Shown here piece after piece: positions 44,513-54,138 of a stretch of DNA of 64,000 nt (positions are counted from its first letter, which is position 1; every line of letters begins with the position of its first letter). Made by a program: the position numbers and the translations under genes. Below the pieces are notes generated by a model that was given only the letters and a program-made list of their open reading frames with translations, searched no databases and was not told where the DNA came from. The stretch lies in sequence record PQ287642.1. The stretch is one strand, 5' to 3'.

Positions 44513-45919
44513 TTATACCTTCCAGGAATTTAACGATGTATTAAATACAGCGAAACCAACGGAGTTAATATACGTTGTGATTGCACCGTTACCAGTACCG
44601 ATACCCCAGCCACCAAGATAACGGAAGATGGCCGTTGTACCAGCAGGGTGGTTCCTACCTAGCACGTTGTTCAACTGAGCTTCAGCGTTTGCACCGTTAG
44701 GATCAAATGACCCTGCCGCATAAATAACGCTCTTTGGTTTATCGATCCATGCTGTTTGGATATCGATCCAATGAAGCCAGCTTGCTGCATCAGCAGAAGC
44801 AGGAACAAGGAACGCGTAGTTGTTAGCAGGTGGAATAGCCCCACTTGCAAAAGTTTGCGGTGGCAGCAAACCAGTCTTCAGCTGTCCAAGGATTTCATCC
44901 TGACGAGTGAACTCGTAAAGCTCTTGGAAAGTCATGCCATTGCTAGTCGTATTGTTGTTGGCATCTTTAACGCCACCAATACGTTCGGTACTGTTAACGG
45001 TTTCACCACGGTTGTAATAGTTCCCAGCAACTTGCTGATGTTCTTGAACGGTATACGTACCAAGTTTAGCAGCTGTCTCTTTGTGTGGGTTATTACGGTC
45101 ATCAACGTGCGCCTGTAGAATCGGTAAGAAGTTCTTGTCGATACTTTGCTTAGCTCGTAATGGCGTAGCGTAACGATCCAGAATATCCCCGTTAGCTGCT
45201 TCAGCTTGATCTTTCGTAGCAATAGCAGCATTCTTCACTTTATCCAGCTGAACTTTAGCGGCAGTGAGTTTGTGCGGGTTATTACGATCGTTAATGTGGG
45301 TAGTAAGACGTTGCTCAATGGAAGTAAGTTCATCTCCAACTAAAGCAAGCTCGGCTTTATATTGGTCAAACAAAGCATCCATGTCTTTCTTTACGAACTT
45401 TTCACCGGCGGCAGTAATTCGCTTAAGTAGTAATACTTGAGGCGTAAACCCGTAAAGTTCCCACAACGCATGTAGGTGACCGTTGGGTTTGTAATCATCC
45501 GGTTTACCAGTAATATTGTTCCAATGAATCTTCCGAGTATTGTTGATCAACCCGAGTGCTTGGTTAGCGATTGCTTTACCAAGATTACAGTAAACACCAC
45601 CGACCATCTGGGCATCAACCCTGATCTCATGGTGAACCCGTGGGTTCTTAATGACAATAACTGCAAAAGCTGGAATGCCAGTCTTCTTAGTAATCTCTGG
45701 ATGCATCTGAGTGCATTGGAAATCGTCCTTCTCTTTTAACACATAGCCACGACCATCGATCATGTGCAGATTGTTATTGTAGAAGTAACCTTTATCCAGA
45801 ACAATCACCCGATATGGCAGACCAGCTTGATCTGCCAAGTTGTGGTATTCTCCACGCGTGCGGTTATTGAAACAAGTGCCCGTCCCATCGTAGGGAAGAG
45901 CGTGAAGTAATGGGTTCAT
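44513..45919 (-). CDS. Tail fibre/baseplate protein, gp131-135 family (gp134-like)
   Basis: YDGTG..FNN...EYH, KPDDYKPNGHLH.LWELYG, and HINDRNNPH / HVDDRNNPH repeats. Confidence 0.8.
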   Translation of the reverse strand: MNPLLHALPYDGTGTCFNNRTRGEYHNLADQAGLPYRVIVLDKGYFYNNNLHMIDGRGYVLKEKDDFQCTQMHPEITKKTGIPAFAVIVIKNPRVHHEIRVDAQMVGGVYCNLGKAIANQALGLINNTRKIHWNNITGKPDDYKPNGHLHALWELYGFTPQVLLLKRITAAGEKFVKKDMDALFDQYKAELALVGDELTSIEQRLTTHINDRNNPHKLTAAKVQLDKVKNAAIATKDQAEAANGDILDRYATPLRAKQSIDKNFLPILQAHVDDRNNPHKETAAKLGTYTVQEHQQVAGNYYNRGETVNSTERIGGVKDANNNTTSNGMTFQELYEFTRQDEILGQLKTGLLPPQTFASGAIPPANNYAFLVPASADAASWLHWIDIQTAWIDKPKSVIYAAGSFDPNGANAEAQLNNVLGRNHPAGTTAIFRYLGGWGIGTGNGAITTYINSVGFAVFNTSLNSWKV

Positions 45920-45929
45920 GTTGATTCCT

Positions 45930-47297
45930 TTAGATTGGTACCCAACCTTGACCTGGGATATTCATAGAAGCGTAAAGAATGTCATATACACCGTTCCATG
46001 CACCGTTACCAGAACCCCATGCCTTAGTCTCGCGAATGTAATAGAAAACAATACTATTCAAACGCATGTTAGAGAACGGCGGTGTTGTAGCAACCATTGC
46101 GTTGGCTTGCGCCTGAGTGATATTGACACTGAAAGATGCGAATGCAACATCTCCACTGCCACCTTGAGGAAGAAGAGATAGCAGGGCATCAATGTTAGTC
46201 CAGTTCCGATTGTTATCGAGAACAGCACGATTATTCAGAACACCACGACCTAATCGACCAAGAGGAAGCTTGCCTTGATCATAGTTAGTAAAAGCGTTTG
46301 CAGGAATGTCTTTACGATACAACTGTAGAATTTTGTTATACGTCATATCCTGGTTTAACCAAAATCCGAGGTTAGAGTTTTCAACAACTTCATTTCTCAG
46401 ATACTTGGTATTAGCCAGAGTATTTACTTCTTGCTTGCTATTGGTATTCAACTGTGCATTAGTGACGCCATGAACGTTGCCACGTGCATCGATGTGGGCC
46501 TGTAGTGGATCTCCACCGATCTTATTTACTTCCGCAGCCGAAAGCTGTGGGGTAAGATAGAGTTCGTTCGATATACCTGCTGTAACCTCTGCAAGACTCG
46601 CTACGCGGTAGTTTTCTACAAGACCTAAACCTACATGTTCTTTTGTGTCGACGTGTGGGTTTTCTTTATCTTGAATGTGTAGATCGAGGCGATTATTGAA
46701 ACGTTGTAAGAAACGATCATATTCAGCTTTTACATCAACACGGAACTCTGCTTCTGTATTACCAAGTTGGCCAGTGATTGCCCGAGAGATATTCTCAATC
46801 TCGTTGTTAAACGGCTGATATGTATCCAAGCGCCAGCGTAGGGCAGCTAACTCGCCAGGACCATAAATCGGCTCAGTGCCGTTATAATCAAGCCATTTAG
46901 GAATATAGTCAGAAGGCTTAGTTTTCCAGAAGTTTACATAATCGTCGATGACTGTGAAACTAAATGCAACATCGCCGCCTACCATCTGCGCCGACATGTA
47001 AATCTTACCGGTACGAGTACGATCCAAGAAAACAATACCACTGGCAATATCAAGGCCATAGAACTCGCTGGCTTGCTTATGGTAATACGTGACGATATAA
47101 TCTTTATCACGAATTAAAGGAACGTAACGAGAGTCATATACACGGAGGCTATTAACATAGAAACCACCGTGATACATGGTTACCATTTTAAAAGGGAACC
47201 CCGAGATAGGGGTAAGAGTTGCTTCTTCGCTACCTACCAGGTTATTCGGATCACGTCCGGTCTTATCTAACGGTAGTTGTACGATTACATCGGACAT
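45930..47297 (-). CDS. Tail fibre/baseplate protein, gp131-135 family
   Basis: LDKTGRDPNNLVGSEE, and HIQDKENPH / HIDARGNVH repeats with VGLGLVENY. Confidence 0.8.
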   Translation of the reverse strand: MSDVIVQLPLDKTGRDPNNLVGSEEATLTPISGFPFKMVTMYHGGFYVNSLRVYDSRYVPLIRDKDYIVTYYHKQASEFYGLDIASGIVFLDRTRTGKIYMSAQMVGGDVAFSFTVIDDYVNFWKTKPSDYIPKWLDYNGTEPIYGPGELAALRWRLDTYQPFNNEIENISRAITGQLGNTEAEFRVDVKAEYDRFLQRFNNRLDLHIQDKENPHVDTKEHVGLGLVENYRVASLAEVTAGISNELYLTPQLSAAEVNKIGGDPLQAHIDARGNVHGVTNAQLNTNSKQEVNTLANTKYLRNEVVENSNLGFWLNQDMTYNKILQLYRKDIPANAFTNYDQGKLPLGRLGRGVLNNRAVLDNNRNWTNIDALLSLLPQGGSGDVAFASFSVNITQAQANAMVATTPPFSNMRLNSIVFYYIRETKAWGSGNGAWNGVYDILYASMNIPGQGWVPI

Positions 47298-47315
47298 TTA
47301 AATTCTCCAAATTGA

Positions 47316-47356
47316 ACAAAAGACGGAACCACCGTGCTTTTACACACAGTGATTCC
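47316..47356 (-). terminator. Long G.U-containing stem followed by a U-tract inside the tail operon
   Basis: On -: GGAATCACTGTG-TGTAAAAG-CACGGTGGTTCC-GTCTTTTGT. The pairing works via G.U only on the minus strand. Confidence 0.5.
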
Positions 47357-47374
47357 ATCCGTTGCCAGGGTAGG

Positions 47375-47698
47375 TTACAAACGATCGTAAGCGTCGTTAA
47401 ACACTTTCTCTATCGCTTTGAAGATATTCTCCTCAGCGTAGTTGTCTACCCGTTTAGGTGTCATGAACGAAGAGTTATTCGTTCCACCTTTAGCTTGTGC
47501 TTGCTGTGCCGGTAGCCAGTCAGGGACATTACCCAAACCAATATCTCTAGGCTCAAGTCCATGAACGTTACCTTTTTCAAGGATGTGTGCGTTCATACGA
47601 TCCCGAGCACTACGGAGTAGGTTGAGAATGATGTTATTAAACTGACCGATATTGCCTTTCAGCTTATCGAGTTCGACACGAAATACTGTCATAGCCAT
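47375..47698 (-). CDS. Short gp131-family paralogue (single HxxxxGNVH module; gp132-like)
   Basis: HILEKGNVHGLEPRDIGLGNVPDW and FMTPKRV match the repeat unit in 47710-49992. Confidence 0.75.
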   Translation of the reverse strand: MAMTVFRVELDKLKGNIGQFNNIILNLLRSARDRMNAHILEKGNVHGLEPRDIGLGNVPDWLPAQQAQAKGGTNNSSFMTPKRVDNYAEENIFKAIEKVFNDAYDRL

Positions 47699-47709
47699 CT
47701 TAAGTCTCC

Positions 47710-49992
47710 TTAGGGTGCGACAATAGTCGTCCCATCATTCCAGATGAGAGCATTGGTCGGAGAATCACCCCAGAATTCGGTATAACCAAGATTGTTTACT
47801 GTAACAGTGAAACCTTTACCAGCAGCCGCACTATAGAAAGGTGCTGACCCGTAAGGAATTTCTAACTGTCCATTCTCGTTGGAACCGAACATAGCGATGT
47901 CTGTATCCATATTCTCAAGGCTAGATGGATCACGTCGAATCTGAACGGCGTGGTGTCCATAGTTACCAGAGATAGAACTCACATCGGTTAGGGTGTTTGC
48001 TTTGACCAAACGATTATCTTTCGCTGACCAAACATCGAGAGTAGAAGTGACTTCAGTCAATTTAAATGTAGGCGTATATGTAATCTCATACACACGGATT
48101 CGACTAGCATTTCCATTAGTGGTATTACCACCTTGGAATACTAGATACTTGGAACCAATCCGGATATCGGAGATTTCCCAGCCGCCAGTCAATTGAGCAG
48201 CGATTACAGGCGTAGCAGCAGAAACCCAATCACTAGCACCTATTGCTGTATAAGTCGGGTCACCAGACGGTGGGGACTTTTCAACAATTGCCATTTGACG
48301 AGAATCCGCTTCTTCGGTTGCTACCCACATTTCGGTTACATTGTCAGACTCGGCGTACAGTTGAGTTACTGTACCTCCGGCGATCTTCATGATCTTACCT
48401 TCATCTGCACCGTCACTTGGTTTTAGTTGAACATATAGAGCAGTTTTAGAGCCCCACATAGCAACCATCGCATTTGCCTGGTTGAAGCCAGCACCAGCAG
48501 CCCAACCAGCAGGAATTGCTAGTTTAGCAGAACCGGCTGAACGGATACCATCGCCCTGTGACCAAGTACCGGACTGGAAGTCACGTATGGCTGGAACTAG
48601 ATGATAATCTGCATCCTGTAGGCTTAACCAAGACCAAGCTGCACCACGGATTGGAGTGATCGGATATGCATCGGCACCCGCTGGTTCAGAGCGATAAACT
48701 GTATCACCCGAACCATTGAATAACGCATATGCTGCTGCACCGGCGAGAACACCTTGAATCTTACTCAGACGTTCTTTATCTTGCTCGTCTGGAGGAGTCG
48801 GGTCATTGAAACTGATATCTGCCGAAGAAGCAATACCTTCTCCGATCTTCTCAGTCACTTCTGCCATGATGCCATTAATATCGCTGTTGAGCGGGAACTT
48901 AGCTTCCCATTCCTCAGGAGTTTCCCCACCAAAGGTAGTCGCATCACCACCACTTCCACCAGCCGCAATCTTCTGATCAATTTCCTGTTTGGTATATGTA
49001 CCAATTAAACCAGGGGTGATATTGTGCGGGTTGGTATCAGTAAGGTGTTTATTGAAATCAATAATTAATTGATCCAGACGTGGGTCACCTTGAACTGCTT
49101 GGATAAGCAAAGACACCGTATACGGAGTCATCAAGGTACTATTGTTAGTCGGGTCAACTGCCTGTTGTGGTGTTGCAGCCGGATAGTTAGGAACGTTACC
49201 TAAACCAATGTCACGTGGTACCATTCCATGAACGTTACCCGTGGCGGCAATGTGTGCATTAAGAGGCTTGAGTGCGTTTTCTTGGATGGACAACAGTACA
49301 CCACGAGGGTTCGTAAACAGGTCGTTACGATTACCATCTTTGTGCTGTTGGTCTGTTGCCATAGAGAAGTTGGGCACATTACCAAGCTGGATTTGCACCT
49401 TGTTAACACGGTGCGGGTTATCATAGTCTCTTAAGTGCGACTCGGTTGTACCGGAAGCGGTAGCCTCCATGATATCACCAAGACGTTGAAGAGAAGCATT
49501 AATCTCTTCAGAACCCACAAGACTATCGATCGGTTGATCATGATCGAGTGGCGGGAACGAGGCAGGGAGTACATCAATATTACCCCATGCACGAATCAGC
49601 GGGTTGTACTGTCGACGAGACAGTTCCGCCAGAATGGCTTGGTCGCTAAAGCCCCACTGCCCACCGATGGTCCGATAATCAAGACGAGCTTGACCGGCGA
49701 TAGAGCGTTTCATGAAGCGGATAGAACCAGCGATCGGTCGACCAATAGAATCCATTGCTTCGATGAAACGGTGACCGATCATGTAGTCGACGCCTTCTAC
49801 AAACAGAGCACCGGTCTGGTTGTTCCGTACTTTTAGAGAGTCGACAAAGAAAGGAGCCGCTTTCGGAATAATGAAATAATAATCGGTAGGGCCGGGTACT
49901 TGCAGGGTTTGGATTTCCCCTGTGATGAGGTTAGCTGGGTTAGTGCCATGCAAATCCTCGTCATATAGACCGGTTGTACTAACGGTGGACAT
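47710..49992 (-). CDS. Tail tip/baseplate protein (phiKZ gp131-like) with C-terminal beta-propeller
   Basis: DLHGTNPANLITGE N-terminus and three HxxDxxNPH-type repeats. The C-terminal beta-rich region ends in an RCC1-like unit (FGSNENGQL...AAAGKGFTVTVNNLG...FWG). Confidence 0.82.
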   Translation of the reverse strand: MSTVSTTGLYDEDLHGTNPANLITGEIQTLQVPGPTDYYFIIPKAAPFFVDSLKVRNNQTGALFVEGVDYMIGHRFIEAMDSIGRPIAGSIRFMKRSIAGQARLDYRTIGGQWGFSDQAILAELSRRQYNPLIRAWGNIDVLPASFPPLDHDQPIDSLVGSEEINASLQRLGDIMEATASGTTESHLRDYDNPHRVNKVQIQLGNVPNFSMATDQQHKDGNRNDLFTNPRGVLLSIQENALKPLNAHIAATGNVHGMVPRDIGLGNVPNYPAATPQQAVDPTNNSTLMTPYTVSLLIQAVQGDPRLDQLIIDFNKHLTDTNPHNITPGLIGTYTKQEIDQKIAAGGSGGDATTFGGETPEEWEAKFPLNSDINGIMAEVTEKIGEGIASSADISFNDPTPPDEQDKERLSKIQGVLAGAAAYALFNGSGDTVYRSEPAGADAYPITPIRGAAWSWLSLQDADYHLVPAIRDFQSGTWSQGDGIRSAGSAKLAIPAGWAAGAGFNQANAMVAMWGSKTALYVQLKPSDGADEGKIMKIAGGTVTQLYAESDNVTEMWVATEEADSRQMAIVEKSPPSGDPTYTAIGASDWVSAATPVIAAQLTGGWEISDIRIGSKYLVFQGGNTTNGNASRIRVYEITYTPTFKLTEVTSTLDVWSAKDNRLVKANTLTDVSSISGNYGHHAVQIRRDPSSLENMDTDIAMFGSNENGQLEIPYGSAPFYSAAAGKGFTVTVNNLGYTEFWGDSPTNALIWNDGTTIVAP

Positions 49993-50080
49993 CGCGCCCT
50001 CCTTTAAAGCGCTAGCGCGCGGTTGTTAGCGTAATGATGTGAAATTCACATAAGATTGTCCGATCTTTTCTAACGGAGAC

Positions 50081-51367
50081 ATGACAATGTACGTGCTTGT
50101 ACGTTCTAGGTATCGCCCTAGTCGCCGAGGTGGTCGGTGGCAGGAAGCGGACTTTACAAATGAGCTAGTAACTACACTAGCTGCGAAGTATGGGGATATC
50201 TATCTCTACATCCAATATCCTGGCCAAGGTGAGTCTGTAACAAGAGCACTGCACTGGGTTAATGTTACTAATTGGCTAAACGATGTTGGTCCAACAGTTA
50301 CTGTTCAAGAGTGGCTAACCTCTTTAGGTAATAAAGCTCTACCTTTTGATGCAGAACTACCTAACGAAAAAATTCGTTTGGTAAAGTATGCTCAAGCATG
50401 GCACTGTGGTTATAACTTTACCCCAGTTGCTCGTGGAGGCCATCCTTTAGATCAAGGGAGTGATTTCCATAAGGAAGATCTCCTTATGACTCATCCAAAA
50501 CATCAGCCTTCAAAGATCAGAGATTATTCCATGATCTCTGTTAATGGTTATTTCCATTTATGTGACTATACCAGTGCTGGTGTAAGGATTATCGATGGAA
50601 ATACGACGTTACGTAAATGTAACGATAATCAGATTGGTGTTTACAGTTTCGAAACTATTGGTAAGCTTACTTTTGTTCCTATTGTTGACAGTATGATTAG
50701 CGGACTTAATCCCACTGCTCCTTTGTGGGATGGTACTTATCTAACCATGCCTGAGAATGTTGACATCGAGAATAAAACTGTATTGCTTGTTACTGGCGGT
50801 TATCTAAACGTTCTATCTAGTGTTTATAATCGTGTAGGCGAAAGAACATGGAGAGTTCAGTTTGGTAACATGATGTTTTTAGATCGTTATCTAGAGTCAT
50901 ACCACGCAATGGATCTCTCTTCTCTCGGATTAACATTCGATAAAGAGAACCCGACTCTATTCAATGTAGATGAACTCAAAAACAATGATGTTATCCGAAA
51001 GTATTTAACTCTTAGTCAGAGTTTCTTTGTAATCGTTGATTCCCAATCATTCTTCCAGGAATACGAAGCTGTAGAATATCTCAATCTACCTGGACGTTAC
51101 TTCGATAACAAATACGATAGATCGCCTCTCGTTGGTGCGTATGGTAGAATGCTAGATTATCACACAATCAAAGAACCTCACCATGAAGGTATAATCCCTC
51201 AACATGAAAATATGTATGTCTACTGCGCTGTATTAAACCGTAGGAATTCCTATGATGCTAATACGCGAGCATGGCCTGAGCAAGAGATCGTTGATGGTGG
51301 ACGTTATCCAGCTCATCCGTTTAGAGACGAGACAGCATATTATCGAATTTTAGGGGTTGAAGGTTAA
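50081..51367 (+). CDS. Virion structural protein (phiKZ gp130-like)
   Basis: 428-aa ORF (SVNGYFH, LSQSFFVIVD, LVGAYGR..DY) between the gp131-like gene and the portal. Confidence 0.68.
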   Translation: MTMYVLVRSRYRPSRRGGRWQEADFTNELVTTLAAKYGDIYLYIQYPGQGESVTRALHWVNVTNWLNDVGPTVTVQEWLTSLGNKALPFDAELPNEKIRLVKYAQAWHCGYNFTPVARGGHPLDQGSDFHKEDLLMTHPKHQPSKIRDYSMISVNGYFHLCDYTSAGVRIIDGNTTLRKCNDNQIGVYSFETIGKLTFVPIVDSMISGLNPTAPLWDGTYLTMPENVDIENKTVLLVTGGYLNVLSSVYNRVGERTWRVQFGNMMFLDRYLESYHAMDLSSLGLTFDKENPTLFNVDELKNNDVIRKYLTLSQSFFVIVDSQSFFQEYEAVEYLNLPGRYFDNKYDRSPLVGAYGRMLDYHTIKEPHHEGIIPQHENMYVYCAVLNRRNSYDANTRAWPEQEIVDGGRYPAHPFRDETAYYRILGVEG

Positions 51368-51372
51368 GGCAA

Positions 51373-51403
51373 CATATTGCCCGGCTCAAGGCCGGGCTTT
51401 ATG
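51373..51403. terminator. CATA-stem-loop-TATG element between convergent genes
   Basis: CATA-TT-GCCCGGC-TCAAG-GCCGGGC-TT-TATG between the stops at 51367 (+) and 51407 (-). Confidence 0.75.
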
Positions 51404-51406
51404 TCG

Positions 51407-54103
51407 TTAACGGAAGTCAGATGTATCTTCTTCGTCTTCCAGTTCATCCTGTTCAGCGGCCGATATTGGATCTTCAAGACCCTCAACTTGCGGCTCATCT
51501 TCGGGATTAGTTTCATCGGTATTTTCACTGGACGATTCATCCATGTCAGTGATATCACTATCACCAGCTGGAGTATCACCTGTACCACCATCAACACCAA
51601 GGTCCGTATCAGAACCATCTAAATCAGAGAAGGAGTCATCTCCAGACTCGTCATTATTGTCATTGTTCCAACTGTCACCACCACCTACATCATCAGCTCC
51701 ATCGATAGTAGATTTATACTTAGCCTCAAGACGCTTCTTAGCTTCTTGTTGATGCTTAGCATAGCTAAGGATAGCAGAGCCAACAGTTTCCTGTTGTACG
51801 TTCAGCCAATCCAGCAAGCTGAATGCAGGTTTATCACCATCCATTTCTGTAAGAACATTAAGTTCTGGAAGGATGTTGTGTGTTGCCATAAACTGACGTT
51901 TAAATACAGCTTTCAACTGAACCATTATCTGGTCAGACAGACCAGGTATGGAAGTAAACTCATCAGGGAAGAGTTCGCTGGTGATGTAGTTTTCCAAGCC
52001 CATAGTCAGAAGTCGATCATAGGCATCCATCGATTCTGCTTGACGTTCATGTTGAGTATTATCGGGTGCCGGTAGAGAAACCTCAATGGCAGTGATAAAC
52101 TCATCAACTACTTCTTCAACTGTCAACTGTTTAAGTTCAGGCGATGTCAACATGTCAACGTTGTCTTGAATGATTTTGTACATTTGATTACGCAGGATAG
52201 AACTGTGCGTTACAAATACACGAATGAATTTAGACAAGTGTTGACAGAACGCTTTCTGTTTCTCTTTAACACGTCGAGACATTACAAGGTCATTCTGTAC
52301 CACAGAAGTAGCGAAGTCTGGAGAAGACATCGGGTCTACTTTCTCAGGTGGTACACCCATACCTGAGATGTGCATACGGCGAAGGCGATCTTGTAGATCA
52401 GGATTCCCAGCATTAACGTTGGTATTGTAATCGTCGTATTGCACCTTTGTCTCTGCGTAGTCAGCACCATTGGTGTTGATTTCAAAGTCAAAGCCAGAAC
52501 GAATCAGATGGTCCATCGCTTGCGTAGGGTCAGGAGCAGCCAGAGGGAAACTACGGTGCGCCGATTCCATGATATTCGATTGGATATTACTGATTGTTTG
52601 TTCCGGATCTGTATCGTCGGGATCAAGAGTAATACTTACACGCTTACGACCAACAGCATTACGCATACCCCCAATAGCTTCTGCCATAAGAAGAGTAGAA
52701 CGCATGGTTGCGATAATCTTCGAGCGAGACAGAAGAGTTTCACCAATGCCATTTTCGTTATAGTCGAATGCAATATAAACTAAAAGCTCTGCCGGGATGA
52801 ATACCAGTTGAGTATGTTTAGCTTTCCAAGAACGATACAACATGATCCTCTGAATTTCTTCAGTTAGACCGATCTCAATTTCCTGATCATACATGCCGTT
52901 ACGAAGACGGTTGTTAAGATCATTCACAATAATCGCATTGTATGTTTGCTGGATTTCATCCACTTCGAAATCTTGTTTAGAAGTATTAGCACCCATCGCT
53001 TCCCGAGTAAGGCGTAGAACTTCAGAACTGTTGTCGTTATTCTTACCACCTTTCCAACCTGATTGAAGCTCACCATAAAAATCTCGGGTTGAGTCTTTGG
53101 AGAGCGGGTAACCATGTTGGTCGACCAACAAGAAATAGCCGATGTGTTCATGTGGGCGCCCCTGTACGAATACGGGTACAATGGATTCCATTGGAAGAGG
53201 GAGAGTCAATGGATGTCCAACCGAAGGCCGATTCATATACTTAGGAGCTGTGATTACCTGAGTATGTTCAGTGCCACCTAGTCTATTCTGATAAAGCTGT
53301 TCGATTTCAGCGTTACCGAATTTATGAACAGCGTTTTCCATCGAGATCTGATTACCGCGAAGCTTACGCGCAATATTCATTTCGCGTACACGTTGTGACA
53401 TCGATGGAACTTTGAGAATGTTAAAGTTATCCGTTACAGTGAGGAGCTTATCTCCACGAATACGGTTAGCTGTAGCATTATCATGATATCCCTCAAGAGA
53501 GATATTGTTCTTATCTGGGTGACCAAGGAAACCCAAGTTTTCATTAGTTGTATTCTGGACACGATCTCTAATAGAGGAGAAAGTTTCCATAGATACCTGG
53601 CGACGCCCATTAATAAGGTTATCTAGAACGTTTTCAGGGAGAACAGCTAAGATGGAAGCACCCTTACGGAACAAGCAATCCCGAAGGATCAGGTCCAGAC
53701 GCTCGTCAATCTTATAGTCTCGTTTAAAGTACGTTTCAACTGGCTCAAGCAAAAGCTTTGCAATCTCGCTATCAAAGATAGCTGGATCAATAGCGAATGT
53801 GAGGTCCGTATCCGAAAGTGCTTTAGGATCGATGATACTACCGACGTATACTGTTTCTACCAACTCTAGGTCTGGTAGCAACTGCATAATAGAGTCGGAG
53901 TCAACGATCTCTTGCGAAGTATCACGCGAAACCTTATCTAATGTGAAACGGTTTACGTTCACACGAGGCTTTGCTGCTTCGCTGCCAATTGCGTTCGGGT
54001 CCTTACGCAACAGGTTGAGGAGGGCGTTAGTCGGAGTTGCTTTCGATCCTAAACGGAGCGTCTGCAACTTTGGGTACGCTACCTCATTCGTTTGTCGAGC
54101 CAT
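51407..54103 (-). CDS. Portal protein (phiKZ gp129-like)
   Basis: Start revised to ATG 54103 (RBS GAGGAG). ~900 aa with propeptide sites VSME/ISLE/ISME, HPL...LPMESIVPV, GYFLLVD..GYP and LVYIAFDY..NGIG, and an acidic tail. Confidence 0.8.
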   Translation of the reverse strand: MARQTNEVAYPKLQTLRLGSKATPTNALLNLLRKDPNAIGSEAAKPRVNVNRFTLDKVSRDTSQEIVDSDSIMQLLPDLELVETVYVGSIIDPKALSDTDLTFAIDPAIFDSEIAKLLLEPVETYFKRDYKIDERLDLILRDCLFRKGASILAVLPENVLDNLINGRRQVSMETFSSIRDRVQNTTNENLGFLGHPDKNNISLEGYHDNATANRIRGDKLLTVTDNFNILKVPSMSQRVREMNIARKLRGNQISMENAVHKFGNAEIEQLYQNRLGGTEHTQVITAPKYMNRPSVGHPLTLPLPMESIVPVFVQGRPHEHIGYFLLVDQHGYPLSKDSTRDFYGELQSGWKGGKNNDNSSEVLRLTREAMGANTSKQDFEVDEIQQTYNAIIVNDLNNRLRNGMYDQEIEIGLTEEIQRIMLYRSWKAKHTQLVFIPAELLVYIAFDYNENGIGETLLSRSKIIATMRSTLLMAEAIGGMRNAVGRKRVSITLDPDDTDPEQTISNIQSNIMESAHRSFPLAAPDPTQAMDHLIRSGFDFEINTNGADYAETKVQYDDYNTNVNAGNPDLQDRLRRMHISGMGVPPEKVDPMSSPDFATSVVQNDLVMSRRVKEKQKAFCQHLSKFIRVFVTHSSILRNQMYKIIQDNVDMLTSPELKQLTVEEVVDEFITAIEVSLPAPDNTQHERQAESMDAYDRLLTMGLENYITSELFPDEFTSIPGLSDQIMVQLKAVFKRQFMATHNILPELNVLTEMDGDKPAFSLLDWLNVQQETVGSAILSYAKHQQEAKKRLEAKYKSTIDGADDVGGGDSWNNDNNDESGDDSFSDLDGSDTDLGVDGGTGDTPAGDSDITDMDESSSENTDETNPEDEPQVEGLEDPISAAEQDELEDEEDTSDFR

Positions 54104-54138
54104 TTGAAGCTCCTCGTTTAACAAGTGAGTAAATTACC

